DNA of 64,000 nucleotides from Phoronis australis. Lineage: Eukaryota; Animalia; Phoronida. Positions 58,798 to 64,000 of the stretch are shown here, piece after piece (within the stretch, counting starts at the first letter, position 1; each line of letters starts with the position of its first letter). The DNA lies in the NCBI GenBank assembly GCA_002633005.1, contig NMRA01000002.1, forward strand, positions 1,398,077 through 1,462,076. The letters run 5' to 3'. The notes below the pieces were generated by a model. That model saw only the letters and a program-made list of their open reading frames with translations, had not been told where the DNA came from and did not search any database. Both the position numbers and the translations under genes were made by a program.

Positions 58798-59809
58798 CAA
58801 TTTGTATGGCCAGTCTCCAGTAATAACAGCTCTTTTGAAGCCCAGAGGTCACCCTTTTTGATAAAGGCACAACTGAGATCAATTTCATAGTGGTAAGTGA
58901 TCTAAATCAAAAAAATGTGAAGGGTGAATCCGTCAACTTCAGACAACTAATGGCAACACAACTGGGATACTGTAGAATTTAGAACTGTGGCGATGGTTCT
59001 TGCACAGAATTTAAGTGCGAGTGTTATCATAGGCAAAATTTACTGAAATTATTTAATAACCGATTACTTTACAAAACCCTGCAAATCAGCGAGACTACAA
59101 TGTTTACAATTTGCATTTAAGCGCTTTCAAATAAGTTGATATTCTACATATCCTAGTTTTCAATGAAATTTTATGCTATATGGCACTGTACATAACTTGA
59201 AGCCTCATTCTTATTCAGGTCTAACAGATGTTGCTACATGACTAAAATATCAATCAACGGTTCTCCATTAGAAATCGTGAAAATAGAAAAGACAAGACAA
59301 ATTTAATCTGACTTGACAAATTGGTATAAACAGCTAAAATAGCTAAAATATTACAAGTACAAGACAAAAATAGCAAAATTTAAATGTCCATTTAGCTAGA
59401 CAGGATAGCGTAAAACTTCATCAGCACCACGGAGGATTTGCCATGCAGTACATCCCACATTTCCACAAGTGTTCGTTCTGGGTGGGGACCAAGGTTAGAC
59501 CCTGCCCAGTAACTTTGTAGTGGAGACTGAATCTAAAACACAACCAAGCAAGCGCATTGTCTCACCTCCTGGTCCTGGATTTCACTGGCGCAATTCCAGC
59601 AATGAGTCGGTTGATGGCAAGGGAGTCACTTGTCATTTAGTCAGTTTTCCTCTCAAGTCAACATAACGGTGAACTGGGACATTGCACATTTCTAGATTGC
59701 CTTTTAATTTTCTACATTTCAGATGTTCAAACAAATGCGCATGAGGATGCCATGCATCGGAGATATAGCTATACAAGAGCACAGATTGCACTTTCTGGTT
59801 TTAACTGTT

Positions 59810-60110
59810 CTAAAACAAATCCAACGGTTCCTCGTCTGCGGCTGTGTTGTCTTGAATATACTTAAGTATGTCATCGTTGCCCATAGCAACAGACTGCTTG
59901 TCAGTCTCCAATGAAAACAAGTCTTCAGTTTTGTTATTCGTTGACGGTTTCTGCAGTTTGCTGGTCCGTGGTTTGGGTGCAGGACGTGGCTTAGCAGCTA
60001 CTTGGGGCTTGGGCTTGGCTGCTAATGGTGGCTTGGGTTTGGTGCTTGGTTTCGGTGCTGCCTTGGGCTTGTTTGATAAGGTCAAAAGGTCACTCAGGTC
60101 ATCCTCAATG
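59810..60110 (-). CDS. HS1BP3: HS1BP3 last exon
   Basis: ttacag acceptor; IEDDLSDLL...DDILKYIQDNTAADEEPLDLF*. Confidence 0.9.
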
Positions 60111-62802
60111 CTGTAAAGAAGATGTTCATAACATGAGCAGAGTAAAAGATTCAGCAATGCTGTCACAAACTGCATATTAACAGTAGTACAATAACAGTTG
60201 TTTTAATGACAAATGTCCCGGCAGTGCTAATTATGTGATACGGGTCACCGTAGTTGCCAATTTAAAACTTCTCTGTGAAGCAGTTGGCGAGTTCCACCCA
60301 AAACATGATCCAAAACAATGATGGCACAGTGCCACTAAGAGGCGCCATAGTAGTCCAAAAATCATCATTAACTGTCATCTTCACGCTAAAAGCATACACA
60401 CCAATTTTCATAATCAACCTTAGAGTGGTTTAAACACAGACTAGGAAATACAGTAAAAATGGACACGAGATGGCGCAAAATACATCGAATCCATCCAGAA
60501 AATAGAACGTGTCATCATTTTTTAATAGAAGCATATTTACCAAATTTCACTAAAATTTGTCAAGGAACTTCAAAGAAACAGAGGAAAATAAAATTGCCAC
60601 TAAGAGACACAGCATTCGTTAGGTCCATCCCAAACATATCTGTTGTCAACTTCAAACGCACTTGCCAAATTCAGTAAAGATCCTGCAGAGGGTTTAGGAG
60701 ATACACCCATGGACACAAAAATGTGCACAAAAATGAGGGTGAAAAGGTAAACTAGTGCGGTTCACATTTACTTTAACAATTCCGAGTTGTCTTCATCGTC
60801 AAATAATGAGTCTTTCTTCTGGTCCACTTTAGCACTTGGCAACAAAAATCGGTCCTCCTCTTCTTTTGTTAGCCCCCCACCAAAGTCAGGTTCATTGAAC
60901 AGCTGGATACCTATTGGAACAGACAGGAAATCAATTATTGTTGGATCAGGCAGTTCAGAAATAAGATGTACTCAACATTTTTTTAAAAATCTCTTGCTGA
61001 AAATTTGGAACAGAATTTTTCTACAGTTTGAAACTTACTGGGAAACTGAATTTGTTTCTCCATTCTCTTTATGCATAACTAAATCGTATATAAAAAATTC
61101 TTGTCCACATTTCTCTTTGGTTTTCACTTTAATACAACAGACATACATTAGGACTGTAATTTCAAGTGCATGCAATTCACCGACAAATTTCAATTTAGAA
61201 AGTGAAGTCTCAAGAAAAACAATACATACAGACTAAGCAAAAAACAGTTAGTGTTATGTGCAGTTAAAAATTAAAAATGAAACCTTAAGGAATGTATACA
61301 TATTTCATGAAAATCCACATGGACTGCTTGGACATACATGTGGTGGCTGGCAAAACAAAACCTTCTCGACTTTAACCTTCAGAGAGCCTAGGGGAAAAGG
61401 TGATTAAGCTCATTGAAAAAAGAAATAATGACCATCAAGATATCATCTATATAAACCGTGCATCAAATTTACTTGGCTCATGTGATTGGTCTGTTGGTAA
61501 TGCAAACAGGTCATCTGATGTTTCCTGCTGGTTTTCGGTGAACAGGTCAGTGTCTCCCTCTTCAGTCTCATCAAACAAAGCAGAGTTCTGGCCAGCTTCA
61601 CTAAATGGAAGATCAATGGTTTTCTTGTTACCTCACTATAGTTATGTAACTCTGGTTGACGCATTCAACGCTCGTGGCTTATTTAGTTCGTTTTGGGCTT
61701 GCAGACGGTAACTATGGTAAAAATTCTTCAATTTGGGATAGTGAAAAATAAACTGTTTTGCTCAACTAGGTCTGAGCTTGTCCAACATTTGCCAGACAGA
61801 TGGGGATGACAACATAATGCACTCATATAACAATAAGTGGGCGCATAAAAATCACCGTCCATACTTCCAAAAGGCGAAGATCATATTAGCACCACCTTTT
61901 GATAATTTCGCTGAATTAGTTTTCTGAACTCCAAAGCAAATGGGAACGGTAACCTTTAACTTTGCGGTTAACCACAGTTAACATCGAAGCTTCCACAATA
62001 CCGGAGTTAACAAGGGTTTATGGTCCTGAATCAGAAGATAATTGCCTCATTACCCCCTATGGGTTTTTAACAGTCGAGCCCAGAATGAATTATTTCATGC
62101 TACTGATCTTACACGTGTGTTCTGTTACATCACCCACATTTTGGACTAGTGGTAAAAACTCACCACATTTAGGACACATTATGACTAACAAGTTAAATTA
62201 CATTTTATTACCTTTCCATGAAACACATGTAGAACCAAATCAAATCATGGCTTTCCATGTTTAAATTTTGTACCATGACTGGCATCAGACAAAGTTTTGA
62301 AAAATCGTGGGCATTCGCAACCATGTAACAAGCCTTTGAGAAATGAAAAAAAGCACATGTGGTAATTATTTTTGTCTGAATTTTACTGTATCTCCACGCT
62401 CATAATGATCAATAAAAGTTTCCACTCCTGGAGAATTAGCAGTAAGTTTGATGTCTGTAACACGCTCAAACTCCACATTGAACAAAGGGCAACATTTTGT
62501 ATGAAGCTATTCAGTAACCTTTTAAGGCTTACCTCATCGCACCTGTAATAATTCTCTAATAAATTAACTCGCTGTTTTTCCCATTATCATCACTCTCCAC
62601 TGGACGACAATTGTTCTAAACTGAAGTCAACACAAGCTGCCACCCACCACATATAAAAATACACATGCAGCGCTGCACTAAACAACCGTACGACAAGTGA
62701 AAAAATGACACATATATCCAGCAGCATTGTACACATATTAAACATGAAGTAAATCATCCGTACTTACCCAATACCTGTCGTTGGTTGATCTTCCTCAAAT
62801 AA
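59810..62802 (-). CDS. HS1BP3: HCLS1-binding protein 3, 3' exons only; complement(join(59810..60110,60772..60910,61473..61600,62768..>62802))
   Basis: C-terminal architecture recognised from HS1BP3: LFNEPDFGG, ELLNIEDDLSDLL, a KPKPP..AKP-rich stretch, MGNDDILKYIQDN...LDLF*. Splice phases agree. The PX-domain exons are not in the window. Confidence 0.85.
60772..60910 (-). CDS. HS1BP3: HS1BP3 penultimate exon
   Basis: caatag|IQLFNEPDFGGG...SLFDDEDNSELL|gtaaat; 139 nt. Confidence 0.88.
61473..61600 (-). CDS. HS1BP3: HS1BP3 internal exon
   Basis: cttccatttag|EAGQNSALFDETEEGDTDLF...DQSHEP|gtaaat; 128 nt; phases fit both neighbours. Confidence 0.78.
62768..62802 (-). CDS. HS1BP3: HS1BP3 exon fragment cut by the gap (LFEEDQPTTGI-G)
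   Basis: Consensus donor GG|gtaagta; phase 2 matches the exon starting at 61600; LF-acidic composition. Confidence 0.65.
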
Positions 62803-62881
62803 NNNNNNNNNNNNNNNNNNNNNNNNNNNNNNNNNNNNNNNNNNNNNNNNNNNNNNNNNNNNNNNNNNNNNNNNNNNNNNN
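62803..62881. other. Assembly gap (N run)
   Basis: Run of n. Confidence 1.
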
Positions 62882-64000
62882 ATTTTTGTATTCGTGCGCG
62901 CCGATTGAAAGTAATCGTGAGTGTTGCTGTGTTGCAAAATCTCTTATCCTGGGCCGATTTGAAAAATTCAAAGTTGTACTCATATTTGTTTTCGCTCCTC
63001 TTTTCAAATATTAAAATAAAAACTACTTGTAACTCTCTCCATAAAAAGTACAGTCTGCTAGGTAGATTGTAATCAGCTGATCATATCCGCATGAGCGAAG
63101 CCAATTATCCTCGCTCGTGACTCGATGAATAGAGCAGCTTGGCGGCATCCCTTTGATCGTGAGCCGAGCGCGACTCAGCCAAGGTGGATAAATACGGTCT
63201 AGTTCAATTTTCCATACCCCACCGTTTACCTTGACGACCAGGGTTAGGACCAATCTTATTTAGTGGGACTGTTCATAGCATGCAAAAGGTGAAGATCACA
63301 TTAATTGTGATAATTTCGCTGAATTAGTTTTCTGAACTCCGAAGCAAATGGGAACGGTAACCTTTAACTTTGCGGTTAACCACAGTTAACATCGAAGCTT
63401 CTACATTAGCCGAGTTAACAAGGGCTTATGGTCCTGAATCAGAAGATAATTGCTTCATTACCCCCTATGGGTTTTTAATAGTTGAGCCCAGAATGAATTA
63501 TTTCATGTTACTGATCTTACACAAGTGTTCTGTTACATCATCCACATTTTGGACTTGTGGTAAAATCTCACCACATTTAGGACACATTATGACTAACAAG
63601 TGAAATTACATTTTACTACCTTTCCATGAAACACATGTAGAACCAAATCAAATCGTGGCTTTCCGTGTTTGAATTTTGTACCACGACTAGCATCAGACAA
63701 AGTTTTGAAAAATTGTGGGCATTCGCAACCATGTAACAAGCCTTTTGCACTGTTGGTAATTATTTTTGTCCGAATTTTACTGTATCTCCACCCTCATAAT
63801 GATCATTAAAAGTTTCCATTTATGGAGAATTAGCAGGATGTTTGACGTCTGAATCACGCTCACACTCCACATTAAATAAAGGGCAGCATTTTGTATGAAG
63901 CTCTTCAGTAACCTTTTAAGGCTTACCTCATCGCACCTGTAATAACTCTCTAATAAATTAACTCGCTGTTTTTCCTATTATCACCACTCTCCACTGGACG

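Larger units (their letters stand above)
61868..64000. repeat. Duplication across the gap (61868-62606 and 63283-64000, continuing past the window); probably unmerged haplotypes
   Basis: Collinear high similarity; the ORF pair 61962..62264 and 63370..63603 reflects it. Confidence 0.9.

Noticed and set aside
61962-63603. Paralogous ORF pair MRLTTVNIEAST...
   Set aside because: Antisense to an HS1BP3 intron, TTG start, different stop positions; reflects the haplotype duplication.

Overview
Animal genomic DNA, AT-rich and intron-rich, from a draft assembly with N gaps. The vertebrate-like gene structures and mosaic CpG depletion suggest an invertebrate deuterostome (inference). Three spliced genes were reconstructed by hand from GT-AG sites and phase compatibility. 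(1) A complete 6-exon flavin-containing monooxygenase (FMO5-like, minus strand, 16325 to 3466, 566 aa). (2) A complete 9-exon CCDC6 (plus strand, 32859 to 54924, 453 aa). (3) The 3' part of HS1BP3 (minus strand, 62802 to 59810), convergent with CCDC6 and broken by an assembly gap. The most unexpected signal is a heavily decayed class A GPCR coding remnant inside the 8-kb first intron of the FMO gene; that intron also splits the NADPH-binding motif. The FMO-CCDC6 interval holds a dead non-LTR retrotransposon, three fold-back elements built from head-to-head tandem arrays, and several small hAT- and Tc1/pogo-type MITEs. Two local duplications next to Ns look like unmerged haplotypes. I found no CRISPR array, prokaryotic system, rRNA or true tRNA, and no clearly new multi-gene system. 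Comparisons with human genes are from memory of the families and need checking by alignment.
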